Shown here one piece after another: positions 48,079-58,323 of a DNA stretch of 64,000 nt. Both the position numbers and the translations under genes were made by a program. Origin of the DNA: Candidatus Saccharimonadales bacterium. GTDB taxonomy: Bacteria; Patescibacteriota; Saccharimonadia; Saccharimonadales; 2-12-FULL-41-12. Position 1 is the first letter of the stretch, and the number at the start of each line of letters is the position of its first letter. The stretch spans positions 533,425 to 597,424 of the forward strand of contig JBFIJM010000001.1 in NCBI GenBank assembly GCA_041600715.1. The letters are read 5' to 3'. A model generated the notes under the pieces. That model worked only from the letters and a program-made list of their open reading frames with translations. It was not told the DNA's origin and did no database searches.

Positions 48079-49773
48079 ATGCACGATTCAATATTCAGCG
48101 AACTTAGTTTAGTTATAGTCGTCACCGCGGGGGTGTCATTGCTTATGAAGGCAATAAAACAGCCCCTTATTTTAGGCTATATTCTCGCAGGACTAATTGT
48201 TGGCCCATCGGCACTTAATCTTATTCATTCCAAGGATCTATTTGAGGCATTCTCAGCTCTTGGCATTGCTCTGCTGTTATTTATTATCGGGCTTGGTATG
48301 AACGTTTCCGAGCTACGTAAACTTGGTAGAGTATCGGTTTATGTGGCTACAGCTTCTCTGATAAGCATAACGACGATTGGTTTTACCGCCAGCTCAGCAC
48401 TTGGTTTCAACAAGACTGAGGCCTTCATCATCGGCCTCGCCATGTTCTTTAGTAGTACCATTATTATCATCAAGATTTTGTCTGATAAAAAAGAGCAGAC
48501 CAGACTTCATGGTCAGGTAGCCATAGGTGTTATCTTGGTCGAGGATATTATTGCTACGTTTGCGCTTCTTTTCATAGCTACTGGCCGTGGTGGGGGATTA
48601 GATCTAGAGCAAATTGCGTTATTAATCGGCAAAGGCATTCTACTAGTGGCGCTACTCATCATTTGTAGCACCCGGATTCTTCCTCATGTGTCCAAATACA
48701 TGGCTAGTACTCAGGAGCTACTATTCTTGTCGGCAATCGCCTGGGGCTTCGGTATTGCTACACTATTCGAGCTTGCAGGATTTTCTATAGAAGTTGGGGC
48801 ATTGTTCGCTGGTGTCGCCCTAGCATCATCTCCTTACGTCCAAGAGATCGCCGCCCGTCTACGTCCTCTGCGAGACTTTTTCGTGGTGCTATTCTTCATT
48901 ACCCTCGGAGAGAGCATGAATCTTACCAATGTTTCATCGGCAATTGTCCCCGCCCTCATTTTGTCGGCAATAGTTGTAATTGGAAAGCCGTTCATCATCA
49001 CAACCACTATGGGACTTATGGGCTACACCAAAAGAGTAAGCTTTAAGACTGGCATTAACTTATCGCAAATAAGTGAATTCTCTATTATCTTAGTGGTCTT
49101 AGCCACCAGTGCAGAAATGGTCAGGCCAGAACTCGGTGCCGTAATCACCTTAGTTGCCGTAATAACCATCGCCATTTCTACATATCTAATGAAATACGAC
49201 GATGAGCTGTTTAGTAAGTTTGATAAAATCCGAATACGCGTCTTTGAGAAAGAGGTAGTGTACAAAGAAAAACGCGGTCCTGCTCCATATCAATACGTAT
49301 TGCTCGGATATCATCATGGCGGTCATGAATTTATAAAAACATTCCAATCTATGAAGAAACGGTTCTTAGTAATCGATTACGACCCAGAGGTTATTGATAT
49401 TCTAGAACATCAAAAAGTCGACTTTTTATATGGTGACGCAACCGACCTAGAGTTATTACAGGAGGCCGGTATCGATAAAACAAAGCTTATAGTCTCTACA
49501 ATCGTCGATCACGATGCTAATTTATTTATCATTAGTTCCTTGCAAAAGATAAACCCGTCGGTCGTTACGGTGGTACACGCGGACAATATAGGGCAAGCCA
49601 CAGAGTTATACGACGCCGGCGCCAGCTACGTCATGATCCCCCATCATATTGGTAGTGAAAAAATGAGTGCCTTTATCAAGCGTACTGGTGTTGACCGCGA
49701 CGAATTTTTGAAGCACCGCGAAAAACACATCCATACACTTAAATCACACCTTACCAGCAACGACCATATATAG
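48079..49773 (+). CDS. Kef-type cation:proton antiporter (CPA2) with a C-terminal RCK/TrkA-N domain
   Basis: N-terminal polytopic Na_H exchanger-like domain and C-terminal Rossmann region (YVLLGYHHGGHEFIKTF ... DATDLELLQEAGI). Confidence 0.8.
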   Translation: MHDSIFSELSLVIVVTAGVSLLMKAIKQPLILGYILAGLIVGPSALNLIHSKDLFEAFSALGIALLLFIIGLGMNVSELRKLGRVSVYVATASLISITTIGFTASSALGFNKTEAFIIGLAMFFSSTIIIIKILSDKKEQTRLHGQVAIGVILVEDIIATFALLFIATGRGGGLDLEQIALLIGKGILLVALLIICSTRILPHVSKYMASTQELLFLSAIAWGFGIATLFELAGFSIEVGALFAGVALASSPYVQEIAARLRPLRDFFVVLFFITLGESMNLTNVSSAIVPALILSAIVVIGKPFIITTTMGLMGYTKRVSFKTGINLSQISEFSIILVVLATSAEMVRPELGAVITLVAVITIAISTYLMKYDDELFSKFDKIRIRVFEKEVVYKEKRGPAPYQYVLLGYHHGGHEFIKTFQSMKKRFLVIDYDPEVIDILEHQKVDFLYGDATDLELLQEAGIDKTKLIVSTIVDHDANLFIISSLQKINPSVVTVVHADNIGQATELYDAGASYVMIPHHIGSEKMSAFIKRTGVDRDEFLKHREKHIHTLKSHLTSNDHI

Positions 49774-50901
49774 TTAGCACTTGACGCTTGCGCCACAGGT
49801 CTTGCAACAGTCGATCAACTTACCTTTTGGTCGTGTGTTCCTGTGACCTTTAGGACACTCAAAGCTTAAAGGACCATATTGGTCTGTAGGACCAACAGTC
49901 TCTATATCAGTTTTATTACCGTATCCACCAGCAATTAAGCTATCTAGCCCACTACTTCCTCCAATAGAGGCCCCGCATCCGCTAAACACCATACCTTCAG
50001 CTACTGCTTGTCTCCCTGCTAGCTCCAGCTCTATAGCAACAGCCAGGGGAACTGAAGTCCTGGATACTTCGGAGATGTATATGCTTCTGTTTTGATTTTT
50101 CTGCTTAAAGCGATATGTCATTGCTGCCGCTAAGTTAAGCTGGTTATGCTCTGTAGCCTCGCCAAGCAAATATGCCGACAACAAATCTTTCTGCATTCTT
50201 ACAAACCCTAGCGTATTGCGTTTATCGTCAGAGCTTCTACCGGTGTGCCAGTCGCCCCCAAGACGGTCTTGCAGGGACTGATCGTATACTTCAGTTAAAC
50301 GATCTACAAGCTCTTCTTGCTGACCTTGCTGTAACTTTGCATAGATACGTTGCCCGAGGAGCTCGCCTGGACGCGGACTCATACCCATGTAATTATAGAT
50401 TCTTTCTAGTGCCACTCTATCGCTACGATCTAAGCTCTGAGTAATCATAGATATTTCGTTTGTTTCTTCGTTTCTAGTAATAACTCTTAACATGGTTTGT
50501 TTACGCGCTACATTGTACCCACCTACATCAGTCCTCGAATCCATAAGCTCCTCTGGAAAGTCAGAAACCACAATCATAGTATTCATGGCATCGCCCCTCG
50601 CCATGGCTAGCATATCTTGGTATTCACTCATTTCTTCTTTTCGACGACGGAGCTCAAATGCCAAATCTGGTCGCTTATCAGCGATCTCTCCTGCAACTGC
50701 TAGAGCGTCCTCAAAAATCGGAGCGAGTTGGCTACCATCCTCTGCACGCAAATCCTGGCCGTCGTACCAATAGCGCACTTCGCTACGCATAGACCCGTCT
50801 AAAACTTCAGCAAGCCACGTAGAAATATCTTCCCTATTTCTAATTTCAGGATTAAATTGTTCTAGTCTTTGATTTGGAAGCGTTTCGCTCAAAATTTTCA
50901 C
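49774..50901 (-). CDS. Hypothetical protein (375 aa) with a Gly-rich segment and a C-terminal Cys-rich zinc-ribbon-like tail
   Basis: The protein ends FECPKGHRNTRPKGKLIDCCKTCGASVKC. It has no TM helix or signal peptide. It has a GTG start and no family I recognise. Confidence 0.45.
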   Translation of the reverse strand: MKILSETLPNQRLEQFNPEIRNREDISTWLAEVLDGSMRSEVRYWYDGQDLRAEDGSQLAPIFEDALAVAGEIADKRPDLAFELRRRKEEMSEYQDMLAMARGDAMNTMIVVSDFPEELMDSRTDVGGYNVARKQTMLRVITRNEETNEISMITQSLDRSDRVALERIYNYMGMSPRPGELLGQRIYAKLQQGQQEELVDRLTEVYDQSLQDRLGGDWHTGRSSDDKRNTLGFVRMQKDLLSAYLLGEATEHNQLNLAAAMTYRFKQKNQNRSIYISEVSRTSVPLAVAIELELAGRQAVAEGMVFSGCGASIGGSSGLDSLIAGGYGNKTDIETVGPTDQYGPLSFECPKGHRNTRPKGKLIDCCKTCGASVKC

Positions 50902-51113
50902 CCTTTTGGTTCTCTAGGAGCTAAGAAGCCCTTACCACATGTCAGGGTGTGCTCTTAGCTCGAGAGACTTACGTATTTGCTGTATCGGACTTCCATCTTT
51001 ATTAATAAAGAAAGTTTACCGTTGCGGCACAGTTCCCGATTTACACGGGATTCCAGCATTGAATTATTAAAGATTGTATCTAGCATACCACGCTAGCAGT
51101 GGTGTACTAGCCG

Positions 51114-51276
51114 TAAAAAATACACCAGCTGTAGTGTATACAGATCCTATCGATCATTTATCTATCGATAGGATCATCCTTGAAAGGGAGGATCCGAGCA
51201 AAGTGAGCTAAGGAGGGAAAACCTGGGATTCATCGGTTTTCCTTCCTTACACTAAAAAATACACCAGCTGTAGCGT
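51114..51276. repeat. Two 24 bp direct repeats (TAAAAAATACACCAGCTGTAGyGT) 139 bp apart, flanking a 12 bp inverted repeat and an 8 bp stem-loop
   Basis: DR1 51114-51137 and DR2 51253-51276 match at 23 of 24 positions. Between them lie GATCCTATCGAT(N9)ATCGATAGGATC at 51143-51175 and GGAAAACC(N11)GGTTTTCC at 51216-51242. Confidence 0.5.
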
Positions 51277-51296
51277 GTTCAAGCAACCATTTCTAT

Positions 51297-51328
51297 CACA
51301 TAATACTCACGATCGTGAGTATTATGTG
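51297..51328. promoter_or_regulatory. Perfect 14 bp inverted repeat with a GATC loop (CACATAATACTCAC gatc GTGAGTATTATGTG)
   Basis: Perfect palindrome 40 bp downstream of the uppP stop. No T-run on either side, so it is not a canonical terminator. Confidence 0.45.
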
Positions 51329-51369
51329 ACTATTGGGAGTTAACAATGCGCTTCCCTGCTACCTATTAC

Positions 51370-52176
51370 TCAGGATATAAGTGCGACTATGATAATAAGC
51401 CCTAAGACAATCCGGTAGTATGCAAAGATTTTAAAATCATGTTTTGAAACATAGCGTAGTAGCCATTTTATTACTACTAGCGCTACAATAAATGCCGAAA
51501 CAGTCCCGGCAATTATTGCCGGTAAACCACCTGAGACACTATCAAATCCGTTTGTACCGTGCGACAACTGATAGGCGCTAGCCAAGACAATTATTGGGAT
51601 GCTTAAGTAAAAAGAAAACGCAGCCGATGTCACTCGATCAAGACCCATAAGTAGCCCGCCCATTATCGTGGCGCCCGATCGTGAAACCCCGGGGATTAAG
51701 GCCAGCATCTGAAACAATCCTATTTTGAGTGCCTGCTTGATCCCTATACCGTCTATATTGGCTTCTCCGCCACGATTACTTGCTGACTTATGGTAGGTCT
51801 CTATAAGTAAAATAATTATCCCACCAATGATGAGAGCTGTTGCCACCGTCAACGAAACAGCGTAAACATTCACTAAATCACGTAACAAAAATCCAGCGAT
51901 ACCACCGGGAATTGTGGCTAGTATCCATATCTTCCAGAAATGCACGTGCTTTTTCTCTCTACGAAACATGCCTAACGTCCGCTCCAACAAATCTCGTCTA
52001 TAGTTCCAGATAACCGCTCCGATAGCCCCAGCCTGGATAACTACTGTAAATATCTTGGCAGTATCTTTATAGCCCATAACCTCTGAGGCAACTATCAGAT
52101 GCCCAGTGCTAGAAATAGGCAAAAACTCAGTAAAACCCTCTACTACGCCCAATAGAATCGCTTGTAATATTTCCAT
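51370..52176 (-). CDS. uppP: Undecaprenyl-diphosphatase (UppP/BacA)
   Basis: N-terminus MEILQAILLGVVEGFTEFLPISSTGHL is the UppP signature; eight TM helices. Confidence 0.85.
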   Translation of the reverse strand: MEILQAILLGVVEGFTEFLPISSTGHLIVASEVMGYKDTAKIFTVVIQAGAIGAVIWNYRRDLLERTLGMFRREKKHVHFWKIWILATIPGGIAGFLLRDLVNVYAVSLTVATALIIGGIIILLIETYHKSASNRGGEANIDGIGIKQALKIGLFQMLALIPGVSRSGATIMGGLLMGLDRVTSAAFSFYLSIPIIVLASAYQLSHGTNGFDSVSGGLPAIIAGTVSAFIVALVVIKWLLRYVSKHDFKIFAYYRIVLGLIIIVALIS

Positions 52177-52200
52177 CTAATAACAATTATAACGCTTGTT

Positions 52201-52665
52201 CTATTCAAATTTCTTTTTTAACTTTGTTAGACGTAGTGCAAATGAACTACTTGCTCCTTCGAGGCCAAGAACCTTTAATGACGCAATTAAAACTTGTAGT
52301 TCCTCTATGGTTGTTGGCAATATCTCTATAGAGTCTTCAGCCTGTTTAAACTTGTAATCAATTTTATCAGTCAGCCACTTTTCATCTGCAGGTTTTATGT
52401 CGTTGGTGTGCAACTTTTCTGGTAGCTCGGGAGCGTTCACCACTTCAAGAGACCGTGCCGAACGACCTTTTTTAATTAGATGTCCTCTGGCTACCAAATT
52501 ATTTACATGTAGTGCAACCGTAGCTACTGAAGTGTAATTACAGCCCCTCATAATTTCACGGTAGCTTGGCCCATAACCATGGGCGATCACGAACTCTTGG
52601 ATATACAACAGTAGTTCTTGTTGCTTCTTTGTAGGCCTGACTTGGGGGGAATTTTCAATTGGCAT
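52201..52665 (-). CDS. LexA-DBD-like winged-helix regulator (no S24 peptidase domain)
   Basis: KKQQELLLYIQEFVIAHGYGPSYREIMRGCNYTSVATVALHVNNLVARGHLIKKGRSARSLEV resembles the LexA N-terminal DNA-binding domain. The C-terminal half lacks the Ser/Lys dyad region. Confidence 0.45.
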   Translation of the reverse strand: MPIENSPQVRPTKKQQELLLYIQEFVIAHGYGPSYREIMRGCNYTSVATVALHVNNLVARGHLIKKGRSARSLEVVNAPELPEKLHTNDIKPADEKWLTDKIDYKFKQAEDSIEILPTTIEELQVLIASLKVLGLEGASSSFALRLTKLKKKFE

Positions 52666-52714
52666 TTTTCAATTCTCAATATATTAGCGACTGTTTAAAT
52701 TATTGCTCATAAGT

Positions 52715-53179
52715 TTACGCATGGTGTCTGGTCCTTCTTGTTTTTTTATCTTCCATGCCCTTAAAGACATAAACCTTATACCAAAAGTAGTTCCACCCGG
52801 TAAAGAATGCAGAGGCTATAAACTGCCCAAACTCTGGCTGGATTCCTAGCCCGTCTCTTAGACCGAGCAGGATCAAATAGTTTAATAAAAACGCGTTAAG
52901 AGCGGTGTATACAACGTATCTCTTCGCCGCAATTGCTAATTTTGCTGGCTTCTTAGTCTTAAACACCCAATATCGTTCAAGCAAAAAGTTCAAGCTGATA
53001 CCTACAGCATTACCTATGAGATTTGCTAAAAATAACCCAATAATACCGTCAAATGTAACGATAATTATGTAGCCACTCCAAAACCAAACACCTCCGCTTA
53101 CGAAGTATTCAACAAACCGCTGGAGTTCTGATTTGCTACGTTGTCTGATTTTTTTCTTAGATTTTGGTTTTTTGGCCAT
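52715..53179 (-). CDS. GtrA family membrane protein (polyprenol-linked sugar translocation)
   Basis: Four TM helices, about 150 aa, with FLLERYWVFK matching the GtrA motif. Confidence 0.65.
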   Translation of the reverse strand: MAKKPKSKKKIRQRSKSELQRFVEYFVSGGVWFWSGYIIIVTFDGIIGLFLANLIGNAVGISLNFLLERYWVFKTKKPAKLAIAAKRYVVYTALNAFLLNYLILLGLRDGLGIQPEFGQFIASAFFTGWNYFWYKVYVFKGMEDKKTRRTRHHA

Positions 53180-53306
53180 ATACGTACCTATTACTGCCTA
53201 CCAGTATAGCACCTAATCAGTGGTATACTAACGCTAGAATCTATGAACAGAAGCTACTCATTTAGATGCCGATTTTTACTGCTTAGCGGAAGGTATGTGA
53301 TTTCTA

Positions 53307-54731
53307 ATGAAGCATAACGCCACCATAATCTATTCTGTTTTATTAATTATTGGTGATTTCTTGGCGCTAGTAGCAGCCTTTAGCGTTGCCTACATATTGC
53401 GGGTCAAATACGACACTCGCCCCTTACTAGAGCAGATCCCAGCAGAGACATACATTTATGGTTTCTTGGCAGTTTTACCTTTATGGATTCTTGTTCACGG
53501 CTTTATTGGCTTATACAGACACGACACATACGATAATCGCTTTCGTGAGTTTGGGCGCCTTATCATTGGTAGTGCCATCGGTATACTAGTCATTATCGGT
53601 TACGAATTCGTAATAGAAGACGAGCTCTTTCCAGCGCGTCTTGTAGCCGTATACGGATTAGCCCTTAGCTTCAGCTTCCTCGTAATATTTAGGATGTTTG
53701 CCCGTAGTATACGCTCGTTATTCTTTGCATTTGGGTATGGAGTTAATAATGTTTTAATTATCGGAAGTGGGGGTTCTATTGATTCTATAGTAGAGGAGCT
53801 CAGGGACACGCGTCATTCTGGCCATAGAATTGTTGGTATTGTCAGTAATAAAGCGACTGATTTTCGGATGTTTCCAGATTTCGAGACAGCAAAAAACAAA
53901 CTTGGTCCTAGGATAATCCATAGCATTATCCAAACCGAGCTCTATCGGGATACAGAAGAAAACGACGCCATCATGGAATATGCTCAGAAGCATCACATTG
54001 CGTACAGATTTATACCTGGCAATAACGAGTTGTTTGTAGGCAATATAGAGGTAGAGCTATTTCGTGGTACGCCTGTTGTGACAGTACACCAGACACCGCT
54101 TATTGGTTGGGGAAGTATCGTAAAGCGTATATTCGACTTCATTGTCAGCGGTGTTCTTATTATTATTGTCAGTCCTCTTTTATTACTGGTAGCTATATTA
54201 CAGAAGCTTACTAGCCCCAAAGCTCCAGTACTCCTTAAGCAGACCCGACTAACCCAGTTCGATCGTAAATTTACAGTCTATAAGTTCCGTAGTTTTAAGC
54301 CTGAGTTTAACGGCATGAGCCCAGAACAAGCATTCATTAAAATGGGCAAGCCCGAGGTTGCTCAAGCCTATCGCCAAAGAGGAGATCAGATCCCAAATGA
54401 TCCGCGCATTACTCGTATGGGTCGAATTTTGCGCGTCACAAGCCTTGATGAGCTCCCGCAACTATTCAATGTCTTAAAGGGCGATATTAGTTTGGTGGGC
54501 CCTCGTGCACTCGTCCCCGAGGAGCTAAATAACTATCAACAAAAACACCATATTATGAGTATAAAATCCGGCATTACTGGTTTGGCTCAGGTCTCAGGAC
54601 GGCGCGATATTAGCTTCGATGAAAGACGTAAATTAGACCTATACTACGTTCAGAACTGGAGCTTCTGGCTCGACATCACGATCTTGCTCAAAACGCTCCG
54701 TGCAGTCATCAACGGCATCGGCGCCAAGTAA
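53307..54731 (+). CDS. Polyprenyl-phosphate sugar phosphotransferase (WbaP/bacterial sugar transferase family)
   Basis: N-terminal TM helices plus the C-terminal catalytic domain [41 protein letters not shown] ... [21 protein letters not shown]. Confidence 0.85.
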   Translation: MKHNATIIYSVLLIIGDFLALVAAFSVAYILRVKYDTRPLLEQIPAETYIYGFLAVLPLWILVHGFIGLYRHDTYDNRFREFGRLIIGSAIGILVIIGYEFVIEDELFPARLVAVYGLALSFSFLVIFRMFARSIRSLFFAFGYGVNNVLIIGSGGSIDSIVEELRDTRHSGHRIVGIVSNKATDFRMFPDFETAKNKLGPRIIHSIIQTELYRDTEENDAIMEYAQKHHIAYRFIPGNNELFVGNIEVELFRGTPVVTVHQTPLIGWGSIVKRIFDFIVSGVLIIIVSPLLLLVAILQKLTSPKAPVLLKQTRLTQFDRKFTVYKFRSFKPEFNGMSPEQAFIKMGKPEVAQAYRQRGDQIPNDPRITRMGRILRVTSLDELPQLFNVLKGDISLVGPRALVPEELNNYQQKHHIMSIKSGITGLAQVSGRRDISFDERRKLDLYYVQNWSFWLDITILLKTLRAVINGIGAK

Positions 54732-54765
54732 GCAATTTTCATTTAACATTTATCAATAAACTTTT

Positions 54766-55125
54766 ATGGAAAATAAGTCCCAGCAACTAGAAGAAAGAAC
54801 AGTTCAATTCAGTGTATTAGTTATATCCACTCTTGGAAGATATTCTAATCATCCAGAGCTGAGACCGCTGATAGATCAAGTCATCCGTTCAGCAACGAGC
54901 ATTGGTGCAAATTACCATGAGGCAAACAATGCTAGTTCAAGAGCTGACTTTAGAAACAAAATATTTATCTCGAAGAAAGAAACCGCAGAAACTGAGTATT
55001 GGATAAAGGTCCTGTCTAGACTTCTACCAAAAGAAGATTTTACAACTTTAGCTGACGAATCTCGACAACTATTGTTGATATTTCAGAAAATTGTGACCAC
55101 AATGAAAGACAGTAATGACAAATGA
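54766..55125 (+). CDS. Four-helix-bundle protein (TIGR02436 / 23S rRNA intervening-sequence protein family)
   Basis: SIGANYHEANNASSRADFRNKIFISKKETAETEYWIKVL matches this family, which is common in glycan loci. Confidence 0.6.
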   Translation: MENKSQQLEERTVQFSVLVISTLGRYSNHPELRPLIDQVIRSATSIGANYHEANNASSRADFRNKIFISKKETAETEYWIKVLSRLLPKEDFTTLADESRQLLLIFQKIVTTMKDSNDK

Positions 55126-56296
55126 AAAACGTAAAATGAAAAATGAGCAACCTTTAAAGGTTGCTCTGGTTCATGACTGGTTAGTTGGCGGTGGTGCAGA
55201 GCTTGTAGTTGAGCAACTTCATAAAATTTATCCATATGCCCCTATTTATACTTCTTACTGCACGCCAGAGTGGCGGGAACGGCTAGATAATAAAGTTGTT
55301 ACGGGGTATTTACAGCATCTTGGTAAGGTTCGTAAATTCATCCCTTTCTTGCGTATCTGGTGGTTCCAGTCACTCAAGCTCGACGATTATGACCTTGTGA
55401 TTAGCAGTTCCGGCGCAGAGGCAAAAGGCGTCATATTAGGAACTAGGAAATTGAAGCTAGGAAATAGGAGGCGACAGAAATCTACCAAACCATTACATAT
55501 TGCTTATATTCACGCCCCTACGCATTATTACTGGAGTAGGTATAATGATTATCTCAAAAATCCAGGATTTGGCGTATTTAATCCGCTAGCGCGCCTAGGT
55601 CTTAAACTATTGGTTTCCCCTTTGCGAAAATGGGACTATAAAGCTTCTCAGCGCCCAGACCGACTGATCGCAAATTCCACCCACACTCAGGCAGAAATCA
55701 AAAAGTATTATAACCGCGATAGCACTGTTATCCACCCACCCGTCAATACGGATCGTTTTGCTAGTTCCAAGTTCCTAGTTCCTAGTTCCCAACGTTCCGG
55801 TTTCGTTATTACAGGACGACAGGTGCCTTATAAGCGCATAGACCTCGCAGTCCGTGCTTGCACAGAACTAGACCTTCCTCTAACCGTAGTCGGGGACGGC
55901 CCAGAGCACCAGAGCCTTAAGAAGCTAGCTGGCCCATCTATTACTTTTGTTGGCGCTGTAAGCAACGAAGAGGTTGTGCGCTACGTGAGTTCAGCCGAAG
56001 CATTCATCTTCCCCGGTCTCGATGATTTTGGTATCGCTCCGGTAGAAGCACTTGCATCTGGGACGCCAGTCATCGTCTACAAAGCTGGCGGAGCGCTGGA
56101 CTACGTAATACCAGGTAAAACCGGCGAATTCTTCACCGAACAAACCGTAGACTCACTCAAAACAGCGCTCCAGTCGTTTGACTCAAAAAAATACGACCAG
56201 ACCATAATCAAATCAAAAGCTAAAGAGTTTTCAATAGAAAAGTTTACGCAAAAAACAACAGACATAATCCATGATTTTTGCGACAATACTAGGTAA
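55115..56296 (+). CDS. Glycosyltransferase, GT4 (GT-B) family
   Basis: C-terminal EAFIFPGLDDFGIAPVEALASGTPVIV (E-x7-E region) and the overall length and architecture of GT4 enzymes. Confidence 0.7.
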   Translation: MTNEKRKMKNEQPLKVALVHDWLVGGGAELVVEQLHKIYPYAPIYTSYCTPEWRERLDNKVVTGYLQHLGKVRKFIPFLRIWWFQSLKLDDYDLVISSSGAEAKGVILGTRKLKLGNRRRQKSTKPLHIAYIHAPTHYYWSRYNDYLKNPGFGVFNPLARLGLKLLVSPLRKWDYKASQRPDRLIANSTHTQAEIKKYYNRDSTVIHPPVNTDRFASSKFLVPSSQRSGFVITGRQVPYKRIDLAVRACTELDLPLTVVGDGPEHQSLKKLAGPSITFVGAVSNEEVVRYVSSAEAFIFPGLDDFGIAPVEALASGTPVIVYKAGGALDYVIPGKTGEFFTEQTVDSLKTALQSFDSKKYDQTIIKSKAKEFSIEKFTQKTTDIIHDFCDNTR

Positions 56297-56313
56297 ATAG
56301 GAGATTTTTTTAA

Positions 56314-56835
56314 ATGAGCGCAGAACAAAATATGCCAGGCGATAAAAATCGTATTATAGAAGAAACAAGAATTCACTTAACCGAGCAAAACTTCCAAATT
56401 GAAACAGAAGACAGCGCACGGCCATGGGGCGCTTTTTTTGTCATAGCAAAAGAGTCGGAGTCGTCTTTTATCAACACCTACTTTAGTGATGTTGAGAAAT
56501 CAGAAATCTACAAGTATGGAGAGAACATTAGTCCTAAAATACTTATCGTAGCCCCAAATCAAGAACTATCGTGGCAGTACCATCACAGACGAGCAGAGCT
56601 ATGGAAAGTCGTCCGAGGACCTATAGGTGTAGTCCAAAGTAGTTCAGACGCTATTACCGATACTGTATTTTATGAGAACGACGCGTTAATAAAACATGAT
56701 GCCGGTGTCCGCCACAGGCTGGTCGGCGGTAATGACTGGGGTGTTGTTGCAGAAATATGGCAACATACCAATCCTTCTCTACCTTCAGACGAAGATGACA
56801 TCGTGCGTCTTCAGGATAATTACGGGCGTAACTAA
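56314..56835 (+). CDS. Cupin-domain protein of the mannose-6-phosphate isomerase type II family (stand-alone ManC C-terminal-domain-like)
   Basis: SWQYHHRRAELWKVVRGPIGV ... DAGVRHRLVGGNDWGVVAEIWQ ... EDDIVRLQDNYGR matches the type II PMI cupin motifs. Confidence 0.6.
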   Translation: MSAEQNMPGDKNRIIEETRIHLTEQNFQIETEDSARPWGAFFVIAKESESSFINTYFSDVEKSEIYKYGENISPKILIVAPNQELSWQYHHRRAELWKVVRGPIGVVQSSSDAITDTVFYENDALIKHDAGVRHRLVGGNDWGVVAEIWQHTNPSLPSDEDDIVRLQDNYGRN

Positions 56836-56858
56836 CATTTAATAAGGAGCAAGGTAAT

Positions 56859-57071
56859 ATGGAAATTATCAACCAAGCACTCGAATCAATAGGTTCAGTG
56901 AATTCTTTTGCGAGTTCGCGAGGCCTAGACCCAGCACAGACAGAAACATTTAGTGCTTATACTAAGGAGCTCACATCACATCGACAAAAACTTGCAGAGC
57001 TTGGCAGTATCAGTCTAGATGCCCTACATTCAACCACCCAGATAAATACCTCAGAAACTACAAACCCTTAA
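56859..57071 (+). CDS. Hypothetical small protein (70 aa)
   Basis: ORF with an upstream AAGGAG; it overlaps the 3-prime end of the convergent gene. Confidence 0.25.
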   Translation: MEIINQALESIGSVNSFASSRGLDPAQTETFSAYTKELTSHRQKLAELGSISLDALHSTTQINTSETTNP

Positions 57072-57564
57072 ATTCTTTATAGCTTTTTACAGCTTGAGCT
57101 ACAAATTTTTTCTGTTGTTGCATCATGTCAGCAGGCAGTCGATCTGCGTTATAAAATTTAAACTTGTCCCCGTCTTCTTTAACTTCTACCCAAAATATCT
57201 GTGCCTGTTCGGCGCCACGCTTACCTTCGTGGAATAAACTTCCTACATAATGCGGGTTTGAAATTTCTAGACCTTTTAGTTCTTCAACAATAATCCTTTT
57301 GTATGCTCCGTGCATTTCGCCGTAATTATCCGTCGATCTAACAACTGTTCCTGGAGTATGCAGTTCTCCTGGCCATATGTCATCATGCTTTGACCTTCTA
57401 ATAAGCAGAACCTCTACTCTACCGTCACGAACCCTTAGTGGAACAAACTCGATAATAGGTGTTACTACGAGTCTTGCGACTGACTTAAAAACCTCGTACG
57501 GTAGAAACCCAGGGTCTAACTTTGAAAGAAGTTTAACTAGTTCTTTCTCTTCGTTTTTTTCCAT
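57058..57564 (-). CDS. NUDIX-like hydrolase (degenerate Nudix box), possibly a GDP-sugar hydrolase given the context
   Basis: WPGELHTPGTVV ... AYKRIIVEELKGL loosely matches GX5EX7REUXEEXGU. Confidence 0.4.
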   Translation of the reverse strand: MEKNEEKELVKLLSKLDPGFLPYEVFKSVARLVVTPIIEFVPLRVRDGRVEVLLIRRSKHDDIWPGELHTPGTVVRSTDNYGEMHGAYKRIIVEELKGLEISNPHYVGSLFHEGKRGAEQAQIFWVEVKEDGDKFKFYNADRLPADMMQQQKKFVAQAVKSYKEFKGL

Positions 57565-58322
57565 TAGTCAGAAATGCAAAGAATAGCGTCTAGAGCTACT
57601 GCTGTTTCTTGCCATGACTCGACGGCAACGCTATCAATTCCTATCGCTTTAACCGGATAATCATTACCACCTTCTTGCAGGCTATCTCCAAAGAACAGTA
57701 TCTCGTCTTTGCCTATCTCAAGCGCCTCCATAAGTTTACGCATTCCGTAAGCCTTATCCACGCCAATACGGGTAATGTCTACGGAAGTCGTGCCCCCAAC
57801 TCTTACTTCTAAATCATCTAAACGTTCAGCAACGTAATCTCTTAGGGCGCTCTTTTTCTTTTTGTCAGGATCCCATGCATACTTCTTTTCTGGAGGGGCT
57901 TGCTGGCCAAGCGCAGAATAGGTAATCTGGCTTCCCCTATCTTCAATTATCTCCCCGTATGGCTTCTCTTCCCAGATGCCCAACTCTTTAGCGCCAGCCT
58001 TTAATACACTGATGATTTTACTTTTCTGTTCCTCGGTTAAATCTTCGGCGTATAATTGTTTCCACTCACTACTCGTTAGATCATAACGATAGTACCTCGT
58101 ACCGCAAGAGGGCATGAGGTGAAATCTCTGAAGAAAATGCTTCTCTATTTCAAGACGATCAATAACTTGTTTCTTAAACTGCTCATATTTACCGCCAGAG
58201 ATTATACAAACTTCATACTTTTCTACTAGCTTTCCGAGTAGCTCTGCCATCCTATCGCTTATCGGTGACTTAGTCACTGCTAACGTATCATCCAGGTCAA
58301 AAGCTATAAGTTTCTTTGCCAT
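57564..58322 (-). CDS. HAD-IIB hydrolase resembling eukaryotic-type phosphomannomutase
   Basis: HAD motif I FDLDDTL is at the extreme N-terminus. At about 250 aa it has the size of the PMM family. It sits next to manC. Confidence 0.55.
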   Translation of the reverse strand: MAKKLIAFDLDDTLAVTKSPISDRMAELLGKLVEKYEVCIISGGKYEQFKKQVIDRLEIEKHFLQRFHLMPSCGTRYYRYDLTSSEWKQLYAEDLTEEQKSKIISVLKAGAKELGIWEEKPYGEIIEDRGSQITYSALGQQAPPEKKYAWDPDKKKKSALRDYVAERLDDLEVRVGGTTSVDITRIGVDKAYGMRKLMEALEIGKDEILFFGDSLQEGGNDYPVKAIGIDSVAVESWQETAVALDAILCISD

Positions 58323-58323
58323 A

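Noticed and set aside
51114-51328. CRISPR array or dif site in the repeat-rich intergenic region
   Set aside because: There are only two direct repeats, with a 139 bp spacing and no cas genes. The 14 bp palindrome has a 4 bp loop rather than the 6-8 bp XerCD central region.
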